Assembly (NCBI GenBank): GCA_009859145.1
Contig: VRVR01000011.1
Coordinates: forward strand, 140,292-204,291
Direction of reading: 5' to 3'
Source of the DNA: Andalucia godoyi And28
Taxonomy: Eukaryota > Protista > Jakobida
DNA length: 64,000 nt
Below are positions 31,901 through 42,067 of the stretch, in pieces (position 1 is the stretch's first letter; every line of letters begins with the position of its first letter). Under the pieces are notes generated by a model. That model was not told the DNA's origin. It saw only the letters and a program-made list of their open reading frames with translations, and did not search any database. The position numbers and the translations under genes were made by a program.

Positions 31901-34900
31901 TTGTGCAGCAATTGACTGGGATGGGTTTCACGGAAGTGCAAGCGCGCAATGGTCTCCGCAATGTCGAATACGGAGATGTTGTGGAAGCCATGGAGTGGAT
32001 TCTTTCACATCCGTATCAATCTTTGGAGGAATCTTCCGAATCAACCCGTCCAGAAAGTGCGCTGGAAGCCAGCGCGATTTCAGAAACATCCGCAAATTTG
32101 TCTGCGGACGTTGTGGTCCCAGAGGGCGCTTCTGCGCTGCCATTGGTTGTGGATACACAAGGGACAGCGACAGGTTCTTCTGCCCCCTTTGTTGACGAAC
32201 TTGTGCAAACGTTGAATGCTACGATAATGTCCGTGTTGACGCGAGAAGACTCCGTTCACGAGTCGCGGACCGCATGTCTCTTGCACCTTGCAAACTTCGT
32301 TTCGGGAGCAATGAATAAGGAGAGCTTGCGATCCTCAATTGACGTGGCCTCGTTTTACAGGAACATTCAGTTTTGTTCCGTGCTTGCTAACAAGTCTGCT
32401 GTATTCAGAGCGACGCTTGGTGAAGAGTTTTTCAGTGCCATGCATCACAGTTTCGTGAATATGCTGACTCAAGCAAAGTATTCTGATGACCTTGCCCACG
32501 ATGTTGCTTCAATTCTTCTGCTCCTCCGCTGGGATCCGTCGGGAGCTCATCAATTAGCCGTTTTTGCGAAGACTGCGTTTTCGGTGTTTTGTTCGTCGAT
32601 GATCGTTGTCTATGCATTCCTCCAAAGTGCTGTGCATGTCTGCCGACAGAGCTTTTCTGACGCAAATCTTATTGGAGAGGCGATCAGCCTGGATGCTATC
32701 TTTTCAGTCCCCCAGATCGCAAAATTTGACCGGTTCCCAGTTCTATTAAGCGCATTGCTTCGATTGACATCCGAAGATGAGGTAACTCTGCAGCAATCCA
32801 TGGAATTTGAAATTCGACGAATTGTCACCGCCTCCAAAGCAAAGGTGTTTGCGGACCTGGCCACGTTTTCTTCGCTTGCATCCCGTTCTTCCGTGATTTT
32901 TGAGAAGGCTCTTCTGCGGACGTGCATTGCGGTCGAAGGAGGAATCCGACTGAAGACTCGAGATGAAGTAGAAGGTCCATATTCAAATCTTTCATGTAGT
33001 AGACGGTTGAGAGTTGTCGTCGAAAGGTTGATTTCCTTCCTCGTGGATTCAGTGGCTGCTCAAAACAGCACTGTGGTCTTGCAGCCGGAGGAGGTATGTG
33101 TGTTGTTGTCGGATTTCGTTGCAGCTTATCCTGTTGCAGGCCCTTTGGTTGTGTCTGACGAACGAATATTTTCGACATTATTTTCTCTCAATTTGACGGA
33201 TCGTCACGTTGGCAATCTGTTGGTTCTGCTTTGCGGTCGCACTCCCAGCGTTACACTTTCCCATCTGTTGCTTTTCCTGAAGAGTGCGACAGACGTTGAT
33301 TCGATTTCCAAAGTCTTATCATTTCTTGTAACATTGATCAATCCGAAGCGGTCTTCCAGTTTCCGGTCCAAGGATTTGCTGTATTTGATGATTTTCCTCG
33401 GTTTTCCATCGGTGCTGATTTCGCTGCCGCAAAAATGCAATTTTTCGGTGCCAATTGTGAACACGTTGACTCGATGCTTATCTGTGCTGACCAAACCAGA
33501 GAATGTTCAAGTATCTCTTGTTAAGAACCGTGAAAAGTACGAGGCGTTGCTTGTTCAGGGAAGGAGGAGGGAGAAGGTGCATTTCTCGAATGAGGAGGGC
33601 GAATTTTCTTTTGTGCACGAGCCCGGCGAGGATTCCGATTTTTCGGCCATCAATGACAGAAGACTGGACAGCCCGGTGGAAGCAGGGTCTGCAGAAGAAG
33701 ACTCCGGCAACGACGAGGAGGGCGAGGATACAGACGGGAACGGTGGAGTAGAAGAAATTACAATTCTTGACCAGGACGGAAACCCTATAGACATCTTGGA
33801 CGAATCCAGTGATGATGATTCGAACACTGATTCGAACGATTCTGTTTCCGATGGAGAGAATTCCGACGAGGATCTTGATGGAGATGGAGAAGGAATGGAC
33901 ACGAGTCAGGATATCATTCTGCAAGAAGTCGACCGCGGAGCCCATTTCCCGGGAGACGACATTGGAATTCAGTCAGATGATGATCTCAATGGAGATGACG
34001 ACGACGACGATGATGATGATGACGACGACGATGACGAAGAAGAAGATGGAGATCGAAACAGAAATGAGCATGGCTCTGCGGATGTCGATAACATGGACCG
34101 TGCCATGGAGGACGTTCTTGCAGATCTGGGTGAGAATGGGGATCCTACGCAAAGTGGCGATGCTGCGTATGTTTCGGAGGGTGCATATGATGACGTGCAT
34201 ATGGAGTTCGTCCTTGAAGACGACGATTTGTTTGACTTCGCGATTGAAAGTCCTGCGGACATTTTAGATTTGTGGGATAGCGAAATCGGTTTCCAGCGCC
34301 GTCGATCGCAGCCCGATCAAGAGTTTGCGCCTGCCATCAACGTTGCAGAACAGGAGATTGGGTTTCCACGGTCTTATGATCCTGCGTTAGCGTCTATTTT
34401 GCTTGATGAGGATGTTGATCCAACGCCAGTGAGAGTCGATGTGATTGGAAACAGCGACATCCGAAGATCGCAATCAATGGATGTTGATGACATTTTGGAG
34501 CCACCCACTCCTGCTGTTGCGGCTGGTGCTTCCGCGTCCACGATAGAGGCTGATGGAAATTCTGCGCTGCCCTATGAGCGATCTGCCGTTGTGCATCCTT
34601 TCCTTACTCGATTGTCGGCAGTAGAGAATGAACGCGCACGCCGCGCTTCGCAACCTCAAAGTGGCCGTGCTGCTCCGGCAATATTTTTCGAAGACGTCCT
34701 CTTGGATCTACACAGCCGTCGTCCGATTGCGGGTCGAAGCAATCGACCTCACACGCACGTGGATGCGTCTTCTGTTCGCTGGTCGTATGGTTTGGAGGAC
34801 GATGCAGAAACCTCTTCCTCTCCAGACGTTATGCCCTTGCTGGAGCGAGTCTTTTCGCAGATGTCTCATGAGCATCCACACCCACCTTCTCAGCCCCAAC

Positions 34901-37900
34901 CGTCTACCGAACTTCCTCCTGCCGTCATTTCCTCGGCCTCCACAGGTTCTGTTGCTGCCGCCAGTGCTGTGCCGGATGCTTTCACAGGCGTCGCCGCGGC
35001 TGCGGAAGTGATTGCGCCGGATGTGAGCAATTCGCAGCCTGTCAATCCAGCTACATCAAGTGTTGCAGACGAGCAAAGTGAATTGCAGAGCTTGAGGACA
35101 CAAGCAGTGTCTCTGGGGATTGACCAGGATTTTGTAGATGCGCTTCCGCTCGAGCTTTTGCGAGATGTTGTTATGGAGAGGAATCGCGATCGCGATCGCG
35201 CTGCAGCTGCAGCAGCCACGGCAGCTCCAGTGGCGTCTTCAGTCGCTGAATCCTCTGCCGCTGCGTTGAATGTGTCGGATGTTTCTGCAAGAGCGGCGGA
35301 CGACGGTTCCCATGTTCATAACGAGATTCAGTCGCAACGAGAGGCAGTAATTTCTGGAGACATTGATGCAGAATTTCTTGCAGCTCTTCCACCCGAACTG
35401 CAGGCGGAGGTTTTAGAACAACAGCGTTTGTTGCAACAACGTGCAGCCGAGCCCAGTTCTCCTCCAGCACGAGGGCCTGAAGATATGGACACCGCGTCGT
35501 TTATTGTTTCTCTGCCTCCAGAATTGCGAGAAGATATTTTGCTCACCACGGATCCTGCAGTTATCCTCCAGTTACCGCCACATATCCAAGCTGAAGCTCG
35601 CGCACTGCGAGAGCGTGGTGCTCGAAGTCTTCACTCGGGGCATGGTCTTCCTCGTGTTGTCGCCTCTCATGCGGGCTCTTTCAGCATTGTTAGGGACGGC
35701 AACAACGACGACGACGATGACGACGACGACGACGATGATGATGACGATGATAACGACGACAACGATGAGGTCGAAGACGATGATCGACATCTCGCACCCT
35801 TCCAAATTGATGATATTGGAATGGAAGAGGATGAAGATGATACGCTGGTCAGTCCTGCAGGGGGTTCACGTCGACATGGCAGGACGCTTGCGGATAAGAA
35901 ATCTGCGGCATCAAACTCGTCCGCTGCTGCTTCTCCCGAGTTCGCGTCTCTGCTCACAAAACTGTTGGCAGACGCGGATGTGATCGCCTGCTTGCAGTTG
36001 GAGCGGATTCCGAGTGATTCCGACTCCACGAAGTTTTGCCTCGGAGATGTGGCGGATTCCTTCTTGTCAAAGCCTGATATTTACTCTCTTGTCCGCATCT
36101 TGTTCATTGCAGATCCTTTGCAATCCCAAGACCTTGAAGTTATTTTCGTGAACCTCATGACAATTCCCGAGACATCGGCGCTCATCGTTTCTGCCTTGAT
36201 CTCTGTGATATCTCCGTCGTTTTCGGAAGGACCGCTGCTAATCCAGAGCAATGATCGCCATCTATTGGATCTTAAGCCATTTGTGGCTGCATTCGACAAA
36301 GGAGATGTGTCTGTAGCTGTTCGTCGCGCAACCGCAGTTTTGTTCAGTGCTCTGCAGTCCAAGTCGCTGAACGTTCCGTCATTTTTGCTACGATCGGCCC
36401 ATCCCATTTCGGATGGTGATTTTCGCGAATTTCTGAGATTGATTGCAGACGGCTGTTTCTCTGGCCCCCAGTTGGTGGATGATCCCCGTGCGCACAATCT
36501 GTCATTCAACGGATTCGTTCTCCCTCTTACGTACTTGTTTGACGTGATTCGCGATATTCCGCACGAGTCTTTGATCAATTGTGTCAAGCTGGTTTCTTCT
36601 TGCATCCGATTTATCGAAAAGAAGTCGTCGGCGTTATTGAAAACCTTTCTGCGGGGCTTGGAGTTGCACAAAGGAGTTGCGGATGAAGTCGTGAAGGACA
36701 GGCTGGCTACCACGCTTCGACACGCGTTGTTGTTTTCAGTGTCGCAGAGCATCCGCAAGGAATCCGTACGTGCTTTGGTGGATCTTCTTTGTACACATCG
36801 GAATTCGGAAGCGCTGATGGGCGTCTCAAGACCTATCTTGCGGTGCATTGGAAGTTCTCCGGTATTGTGCCGGTTATTGTGTGAATGCGTTTGCGGGTTT
36901 GTGGACCGATATGCGTCACAGATCGTGGCCGACACGTCCAACATTTCTGCAATTCGAGCCTTGCTGCGCGTCCTCAAGCTGTCGTCCTTGCTTCCGACGT
37001 CTTTGATGCCTTTGCTGGAGGGGTCGGTGATTCTCAACGATCTCTGGAAGCGTATGGAGGACATTCCAGATCCTGCTTCGCGAGATGCATTAGTGGAAGC
37101 ATATCTGACGCTTTGCACGATGGACGTGAAGCTACCCATGGCACCTCCCGAGTTCATTACGTCTGCAACACATCCGGTTGCAGGGGCGTCCCCCGAGTGG
37201 CATCGCCAAATGCACGCTTTCCTCGAAAAACATCGCCAAGCCGTGAATGATATTGTTTCTCGCAATCCCTCATTGTTGTCAAAGAAACCATTTGGAGTTT
37301 TGCTGAGCTTTCCCCGACAGCTTGATTTTGAGAACAAAGCCAATTGGTTCCGTGCGCAACTACGAAGGGCACTCAGACATTCCCCAGTGGATTCAGTTCG
37401 CATTACTGTGCGTCGTCAGCACATTTTCGAAGATTCATTCTTTTCTTTACGTATCAAGACTCCTGAGGAGCTGCGCGGGCCTCTGACAGTGCGCTTTGAC
37501 GGTGAGCAGGGCATCGACGCCGGTGGTGTGAGTCGTGAATGGTTCCTCGTTTTATCGCGAGAGATGTTCAATCCTAATTATGCTTTGTTCTGCGAATCGC
37601 ACGAATCTGCGACATTCCAGCCGAATCCGGCGTCGTACGTCAATCCGGATCACCTTGAGTATCTGCGGTTTGTCGGTAGGGTCGTTGGCCTTGCCATATT
37701 GAATGGCCATTTGTTGGACGCTTACTTTACACGGTCGTTCTTCAAGCACATGCTGGGAATACCGGTAACATATCACGATATTGCTTCGATTGATCCCGAT
37801 TTTTATAATTCGTTGAAGTGGACACTGGAAAACGATATTACGGGCGTCTTGGACTTGACGTTCACAAACGAAGTTGAAGAGTTTGGTGCGAAGAAGGTGA

Positions 37901-38466
37901 CGGAGCTTATCCCGGGAGGTTCTCAAGTCGCCGTCACAGAGGAGAATAAGAAGGAGTACGTGCAGTTATTAACTGCGTCTCGCATGACATCATCCATTGA
38001 AAAGCAAATCGAGGCTTTTGTTCGAGGATTCCGAGAAGTAGTTCCAATGGATTTGATTTCAATTTTCAACGAAGCCGAACTAGAACTCCTTCTCAACGGA
38101 ATGCCGGATATTGACATTGCTGATTTGCGAACCAATACGTTGTATTCTGGATATAGTGCTTCCGATACTGCGATCACATGGTTCTGGCGCATCGTTGAAT
38201 CGTTCGAGAAGGAAGACAAGGCCCGTCTCGTGCAGTTTGTGACGGGTACGTCGAAAGTCCCGTTGGGCGGTTTCAAGGAGTCGATGGGAATGAGCGGCCC
38301 GCAAAAGTTTTCCATTCACAGAATTCGAGGTCGTGAGGATGCGCTGCCGACTGCGCACACTTGCTTCAATCAGTTGGACCTGCCCGAATACTCTTCTGAA
38401 GAACTACTGAGAGAACGTCTGTTGGTTGCGATTCGAGAAGGGGCGGAGGGTTTTGCGTTCGCCTAG
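28972..38466 (+). CDS. HUWE1: HECT E3 ubiquitin ligase HUWE1/Tom1/UPL1 (3164 aa, intronless)
   Basis: N-terminal ARM-like DLLYWVPVLNALD, UBA (LTGMGF), three UBM-like IDxxFLxALPPEL repeats, HECT domain with LPTAHTCFNQLDLP. Confidence 0.96.
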   Translation: MVRIKTRLNVSNPATELQKAISRLATCKSKQDWIAAWSDTSVLLHVKYSTRSRHDLLYWVPVLNALDASLADADPEDEEFVAVLLRIFRYLLVNASHSHYFSSYDTLRKLLFSPSLPVLNMALDLLLVLIRPPFRVKDQEFARFSPLIAVLSYSLPKDPIEKYRVGSIAFSSSEVVQVQSYAQLESWFSTIGAKEAGEDREEFKFAVWIRILQIRCETISSDRLHDYWSQIRFRACSILSFDRSNLTSVITVFHFHPNLLDEICDILLSPSALFTVKTAAVECLSGLFIDMDRSEVESALQQTQLGEFSGVFPTFLRNKAYLVVDNLPFLESLLECFILLSQSSTGLKALQSSKLIDFYANYFLSLSGDDIISFAKICSPVLDLLETFLSPGLNIPFPFIDLELKFLHTCVEWLKLRHFDQQSQFSDVSFACMQSCLIPALTAVCVALQSSQGNSFRAAVIASHFVADLDFLLSNFTAFDGIVVSFVVSALSAFLQQSPTSIPNLLPTGILQRVFDIFSLPADQLLMETVVVSMRFVSSVCLMEEGRALFRQNGQLSALSKFFTDPSYSLIASGKCAVTLGIHIEEFIRHNPEFVMDAAGQLHGILMSLVSLITDVCGPKTAAADLETVKLMAYNVVRVLDPVFSSRTSITLTLVEKGSLSAIANLLTNETVLTVFGDTLSQLVKLFAGPVGTRTASSVSILNELCKSVLSSPHPTNVKLLIVEKCLSILLIAVQDARSHDPQLLESIYRVLPLLKVPVSVFTPNAKPVVDREVFRFFRTVRSFVLHVVGRTSRLADSESLRFVQPTCLLFADLDPSCIKLASSLFDESGRFPKLEVLFDAFFSALNARLSVQTEATHRKEIAAAILPFVEKAFRYRAVASSAVLVSNKEFLGKWRNYCARLVLIFRDHQLWDASLCAVLSEIAFTFGKQWDSLVSPSTDAEPTSISAPDAPAIPRRSQTERRAARSAQREGQVQSFVQQLTGMGFTEVQARNGLRNVEYGDVVEAMEWILSHPYQSLEESSESTRPESALEASAISETSANLSADVVVPEGASALPLVVDTQGTATGSSAPFVDELVQTLNATIMSVLTREDSVHESRTACLLHLANFVSGAMNKESLRSSIDVASFYRNIQFCSVLANKSAVFRATLGEEFFSAMHHSFVNMLTQAKYSDDLAHDVASILLLLRWDPSGAHQLAVFAKTAFSVFCSSMIVVYAFLQSAVHVCRQSFSDANLIGEAISLDAIFSVPQIAKFDRFPVLLSALLRLTSEDEVTLQQSMEFEIRRIVTASKAKVFADLATFSSLASRSSVIFEKALLRTCIAVEGGIRLKTRDEVEGPYSNLSCSRRLRVVVERLISFLVDSVAAQNSTVVLQPEEVCVLLSDFVAAYPVAGPLVVSDERIFSTLFSLNLTDRHVGNLLVLLCGRTPSVTLSHLLLFLKSATDVDSISKVLSFLVTLINPKRSSSFRSKDLLYLMIFLGFPSVLISLPQKCNFSVPIVNTLTRCLSVLTKPENVQVSLVKNREKYEALLVQGRRREKVHFSNEEGEFSFVHEPGEDSDFSAINDRRLDSPVEAGSAEEDSGNDEEGEDTDGNGGVEEITILDQDGNPIDILDESSDDDSNTDSNDSVSDGENSDEDLDGDGEGMDTSQDIILQEVDRGAHFPGDDIGIQSDDDLNGDDDDDDDDDDDDDDEEEDGDRNRNEHGSADVDNMDRAMEDVLADLGENGDPTQSGDAAYVSEGAYDDVHMEFVLEDDDLFDFAIESPADILDLWDSEIGFQRRRSQPDQEFAPAINVAEQEIGFPRSYDPALASILLDEDVDPTPVRVDVIGNSDIRRSQSMDVDDILEPPTPAVAAGASASTIEADGNSALPYERSAVVHPFLTRLSAVENERARRASQPQSGRAAPAIFFEDVLLDLHSRRPIAGRSNRPHTHVDASSVRWSYGLEDDAETSSSPDVMPLLERVFSQMSHEHPHPPSQPQPSTELPPAVISSASTGSVAAASAVPDAFTGVAAAAEVIAPDVSNSQPVNPATSSVADEQSELQSLRTQAVSLGIDQDFVDALPLELLRDVVMERNRDRDRAAAAAATAAPVASSVAESSAAALNVSDVSARAADDGSHVHNEIQSQREAVISGDIDAEFLAALPPELQAEVLEQQRLLQQRAAEPSSPPARGPEDMDTASFIVSLPPELREDILLTTDPAVILQLPPHIQAEARALRERGARSLHSGHGLPRVVASHAGSFSIVRDGNNDDDDDDDDDDDDDDDNDDNDEVEDDDRHLAPFQIDDIGMEEDEDDTLVSPAGGSRRHGRTLADKKSAASNSSAAASPEFASLLTKLLADADVIACLQLERIPSDSDSTKFCLGDVADSFLSKPDIYSLVRILFIADPLQSQDLEVIFVNLMTIPETSALIVSALISVISPSFSEGPLLIQSNDRHLLDLKPFVAAFDKGDVSVAVRRATAVLFSALQSKSLNVPSFLLRSAHPISDGDFREFLRLIADGCFSGPQLVDDPRAHNLSFNGFVLPLTYLFDVIRDIPHESLINCVKLVSSCIRFIEKKSSALLKTFLRGLELHKGVADEVVKDRLATTLRHALLFSVSQSIRKESVRALVDLLCTHRNSEALMGVSRPILRCIGSSPVLCRLLCECVCGFVDRYASQIVADTSNISAIRALLRVLKLSSLLPTSLMPLLEGSVILNDLWKRMEDIPDPASRDALVEAYLTLCTMDVKLPMAPPEFITSATHPVAGASPEWHRQMHAFLEKHRQAVNDIVSRNPSLLSKKPFGVLLSFPRQLDFENKANWFRAQLRRALRHSPVDSVRITVRRQHIFEDSFFSLRIKTPEELRGPLTVRFDGEQGIDAGGVSREWFLVLSREMFNPNYALFCESHESATFQPNPASYVNPDHLEYLRFVGRVVGLAILNGHLLDAYFTRSFFKHMLGIPVTYHDIASIDPDFYNSLKWTLENDITGVLDLTFTNEVEEFGAKKVTELIPGGSQVAVTEENKKEYVQLLTASRMTSSIEKQIEAFVRGFREVVPMDLISIFNEAELELLLNGMPDIDIADLRTNTLYSGYSASDTAITWFWRIVESFEKEDKARLVQFVTGTSKVPLGGFKESMGMSGPQKFSIHRIRGREDALPTAHTCFNQLDLPEYSSEELLRERLLVAIREGAEGFAFA

Positions 38467-38676
38467 TGTTTACACTGTCTGCCCGTTTGTCTGGTTTTTT
38501 CCCCCATGCATTCTTTCGCGCAGATCTGGTACGTCTTCTCCGTATTGCTCCATCTTTACTCGTGTACAAGTAATTTACATGTTTGCAGTAAAACGAATGT
38601 ATGTTTCGTGTATCCCATTTTAATTTTGATCATTATTGCCATCGCTACCATTGCCATCACCACCACCACCAGCTCA

Positions 38677-39021
38677 TCAGCCTTTGCCATCGCGAGCCCC
38701 AATGCTTTCGGCCTCCTTCTTGAGCTTTCCCATTTGCGACCGTTGTTCCACATCCATCGTTTCCAATTCCTCAGTCGATAAATGACGTCCAATGTCGTCT
38801 AAATTGCTAGTTCTTCTCAGTTGATCCAGGTATTGTTGCCATTGACTCACAAATGGAACCGCATGTTGCTTCCCTGCTGTCTTGTGCAATTTGAATTCTT
38901 CGCGGACATACTTGTCTCCAAGAATCCGCAGTGTCCGAGGCAGTGTTGTTCTGTGAGTTCGAAGGATGTCCCGATACAAATGAAGAACAGACTCCCTCCA
39001 CGCACCTGTCCCAAACGACAT
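38677..39021 (-). CDS. SDHAF3: Succinate dehydrogenase assembly factor 3 (LYR family, ACN9)
   Basis: LYRDILRTHR..LP..LR.LGDKYVREEFKLHK, FVSQWQQYLDQL. Confidence 0.9.
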   Translation of the reverse strand: MSFGTGAWRESVLHLYRDILRTHRTTLPRTLRILGDKYVREEFKLHKTAGKQHAVPFVSQWQQYLDQLRRTSNLDDIGRHLSTEELETMDVEQRSQMGKLKKEAESIGARDGKG

Positions 39022-39033
39022 TCTCCCCAGCAC

Positions 39034-39172
39034 CTAAAAGATATATGTGTATATATACTCCTCTCAATCGACCCGGTTTGTTGTTGTTTTGACTCGGCGA
39101 GTGTTTGAGCGTTGCACGCTTCATTCCTGCAGTCCTCATCAAACAAAAGCAGCATGAAGTGCAGTTGCTTAC
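39034..39172 (-). other. Probable 5' intron of SDHAF3 (139 nt)
   Basis: GTAAGC donor and TTTTAG acceptor directly before GTGCTGGGGAGAATG. Confidence 0.55.
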
Positions 39173-39304
39173 CGTAGTAGTCCGCGCAGCAATCTTTTCC
39201 GTCCATTCCGGATATCCGGATTCCAGTTGACAGTTGGCGACTTGCCGTAGTCGTGCGTGCACGGAAGACAATGAGTTTTCCTCGCCTGCAGCCGCACGGA
39301 GTCG

Positions 39305-39445
39305 GCGTACATTTGGTCCACTAACCACGGATAAGTATCACTGATTACCCATAATCAATGCTGCAACCCAACAACATGCATAACATGACTGGGAAGGGGT
39401 AGGCCCCAACACGCCCCTCGGCATGAGAGACGTTCTTACGAGAGA
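39305..39445 (-). ncRNA. Putative Fanzor omegaRNA scaffold (copy A)
   Basis: Conserved 3' region with GCCTAC (39399-39404) and a 9-bp hairpin (39339-39360), ending at the element boundary; overlaps the ORF 3' end as in TnpB/Fanzor loci. Confidence 0.65.
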
Positions 39446-39990
39446 TGCAGATGTTGCGCGTGCCGTTCCAATCGCGGTCGATCGTGCAATTGCATGATGG
39501 GCAACAAAACACCTTGGCGATCGTCGAAGACAGTTTGTCGGCAGCTGCTCTGCGGAGCGCATCGTCATGCACGTCGCGGGCAACGAAGCAGGTGGTGATG
39601 GCTCGTTCGACGTCGGCGAGGCAGTGTAGTGGTTTGATATTTATCCGCTGTAGTGGGTACATATCGCCAAATGTCGACACATAACGTTTGCAGCTTGGTT
39701 GCGCCCATGCAACCGTTGAGGTGAATCTGTGCCTTTCCTGTCTTTTGTGTTTCAATAAATTGGAGACCTTTTTCTTTATTGGTTATTGCCGTTACAGCAG
39801 TACATGCGATGGGAGCCGGCGTGGATGCTGCGGATCGTTCCTGGCGGCGGTGGAGATGTCATGGGTCTTGCGCGGCGTTGCGGGCGTGACGTACATGGTG
39901 CGCTGCACGGACAGTAAAATAAAGATATGAAATGAGCGTCGCTGTGCGAGAATGCAACGCGGCTGTGTGTTTAGAGGGATTTCATGAATC
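39305..39990 (-). mobile_element. Family A Fanzor2/TnpB-derived non-autonomous element, copy A (686 bp)
   Basis: Encodes KVFCCPSCNCTIDRDWNGTRNI (zinc-finger half plus RuvC-III). Left ~80 bp and right ~140 bp are shared with 53334-53568; ends at AATGTACGC. Confidence 0.88.
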
Positions 39991-40314
39991 CGCATCAGCA
40001 CCCATCAAATGTGCTATTTGAGTTGCACATTTGCGAGAGGAACTTGAGAATGCGTCCCCTACTTGAGTACCGAACTGCCGGGCTTGGACAAAGACGCCTC
40101 AAGTGGACATGGAAAACGAAAAAACTGGAAAAAAAGATCCGGCAGAGCGATTTACTTGGAGCAACATGGAAACTTTTTTAGGTTGCGGGGTAGTATCGCG
40201 AGAAGTGACAGCGGTGTTTTGTTTAATATTTTTTGTGTGTTTTAATTAATTTTGGTTTGACAAGGAGGCGTTACGAGAAGGAAGAAAACTGCACTCATCT
40301 GATTTACTGTATGC

Positions 40315-41055
40315 ATGTTCCGATTGCCAAGACCGTTAACGATCCCAACTGTTTTTCTTGTGCGCCGTGTTGTTTCGAGGAGTACCTGTGTTGCAAGATC
40401 CATGACTGATGATAGTGCTGCGCCGACTGCTGCGCAGGATGTGAAGAAATCAAAGATCTACACTCGGACGGGTGATCGTGGCACGTCGGGTCTGTTCAAT
40501 GGCACCCGAGCATCCAAGGACAATATGTTCTTTGAAGCACTTGGCACAACCGACGAGGTGAATGCGGTCCTTGGCGTTGCTCGCGAATACCTCCAATCAC
40601 CAATATCCAGTCTGCCGACCTCTGCTGTGCTTGCGACTCTCGACGAGCAACTTTCAGTGATTCAGTCGCGGCTTTTGGATCTCGGATCAGCCATCGCGAC
40701 ACCCATTCCAACCTCGGATAGCGATCTTTTGAAAAGAGTGCAGTTTCCCCATGCCCACGTCGCGGATATTGAGAGCTGGATCGATGTGTGGGACTCGCAG
40801 TTACCACCTCTCACCAACTTTATTCTTCCATCCGGCGGTCTTGCATCCGCTCATTTGCACCATGGTCGCACTGTTTGCCGACGAGCAGAGCGAAGTGTCG
40901 TCCAGCTTGTCCGCGAAGACCAGATTCCTGCAGTCGTTCAAATCTACCTAAACAGACTCTCCGATTACCTCTTTGTCGTGGCCCGCATCGCCGCAAAGGA
41001 ACACGGTCGACCAGAACACGTATACAAGAAGCAAATCGCCGATACTTCACAATAA
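40315..41055 (+). CDS. MMAB: Cob(I)alamin adenosyltransferase, PduO type (mitochondrial)
   Basis: KIYTRTGDRGTS, GTTDEVN, FILPSGG..LHHGRTVCRRAER, YLNRLSDYLFVVAR. Confidence 0.96.
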   Translation: MFRLPRPLTIPTVFLVRRVVSRSTCVARSMTDDSAAPTAAQDVKKSKIYTRTGDRGTSGLFNGTRASKDNMFFEALGTTDEVNAVLGVAREYLQSPISSLPTSAVLATLDEQLSVIQSRLLDLGSAIATPIPTSDSDLLKRVQFPHAHVADIESWIDVWDSQLPPLTNFILPSGGLASAHLHHGRTVCRRAERSVVQLVREDQIPAVVQIYLNRLSDYLFVVARIAAKEHGRPEHVYKKQIADTSQ

Positions 41056-41119
41056 ATGCACTTCTCGCACGATCCACCGTTGAGCACACATGATGTTGTT
41101 CCCAAGCTGAACTGTCGTA

Positions 41120-41608
41120 TCAGACTTCACCAGCAGCAGACGACGCAGACACAAAAGTTTGCCGCGCTGCCCTTCGTCTTGCACATTCTGCCTTTTCCAA
41201 AGCATCATCGATGGATCGCAAATCGCAGTCCAAGATGTGCTTCCAAAGCAAAGCCGAATGTCGTAAAAGAGACACGGATGCGTTGAATAGCGCTTGCGGA
41301 TCCGCGAAGCAGACGCTAGATGACCGGACAGTCGAGAGTGTGGTGGAGAGCACGAGAACCAAGGTTGAATCAAGAGACCCGATACGCTCGAGCGTTGCAT
41401 CGAGATCGCGGTCGCATGGACCCAGAGCCATCGCACGCGACTCCGCCTGCCGTAGCTCGGATAGCTCCGAGACAGACTCCATCGACGATGCAGCAACTGC
41501 AGACGATACCGCAGGAACAAGATGCGAAAGACTCGCCAAGTGATTATGAATGTCCATACATTGCGTCCGGTACTGCACAATCCATTTTCGCAAACTCGAC
41601 TCGGTCAT
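41120..41608 (-). CDS. Helical protein, possibly C1orf109/CK2-substrate-like
   Basis: ORF 41120..41797; coding-like from MTESSLRKW. Family resemblance is weak and from memory. Confidence 0.55.
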   Translation of the reverse strand: MTESSLRKWIVQYRTQCMDIHNHLASLSHLVPAVSSAVAASSMESVSELSELRQAESRAMALGPCDRDLDATLERIGSLDSTLVLVLSTTLSTVRSSSVCFADPQALFNASVSLLRHSALLWKHILDCDLRSIDDALEKAECARRRAARQTFVSASSAAGEV

Positions 41609-42067
41609 CTGTACGCAAAGGCCTATGTCATTGATCGAGCACGTGACTCCTGTGTTTCCTTGGTTTCCTTGGTTTTTTGTTTTTTTTTTGTTTTTGTTTT
41701 GTAGTAGTAGTAGTAGTAGTAGTTGTTGTTGTTGTTCATCAATTTGCATCCTTTCCCCGGAGCAAAAGATTGCGATTTCGAAAAAAAATGAACTCAAGTG
41801 GACTCACTTATTGTAGTGCCACGGTTTCTTAAGGGTTTTGCAGCGTTGGACGTCTTTGGTGAGCTCACATTGAGGTCGATTGTTCCCGATTCCCCAATAG
41901 CATTTCCGTTCTTATTTTATTTATTTTATTTGTTTTGTTTCGCAGGTTTTCTGCAAAGATTGACGATCTTTTTCTCGGTTTTTTTGGGGGGGTTTTTTTC
42001 TCCTGCGTCTTCCTTCTTTCCCATCCACATTGTTGCTTGTGCGACCGAGAGAGTTGGTGTTCCTACT

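Noticed and set aside
36081-37403. 440-aa minus-strand ORF and many similar overlapping ORFs in the track
   Set aside because: Antisense to HUWE1 or other well-supported genes; expected in ~50% GC coding DNA.
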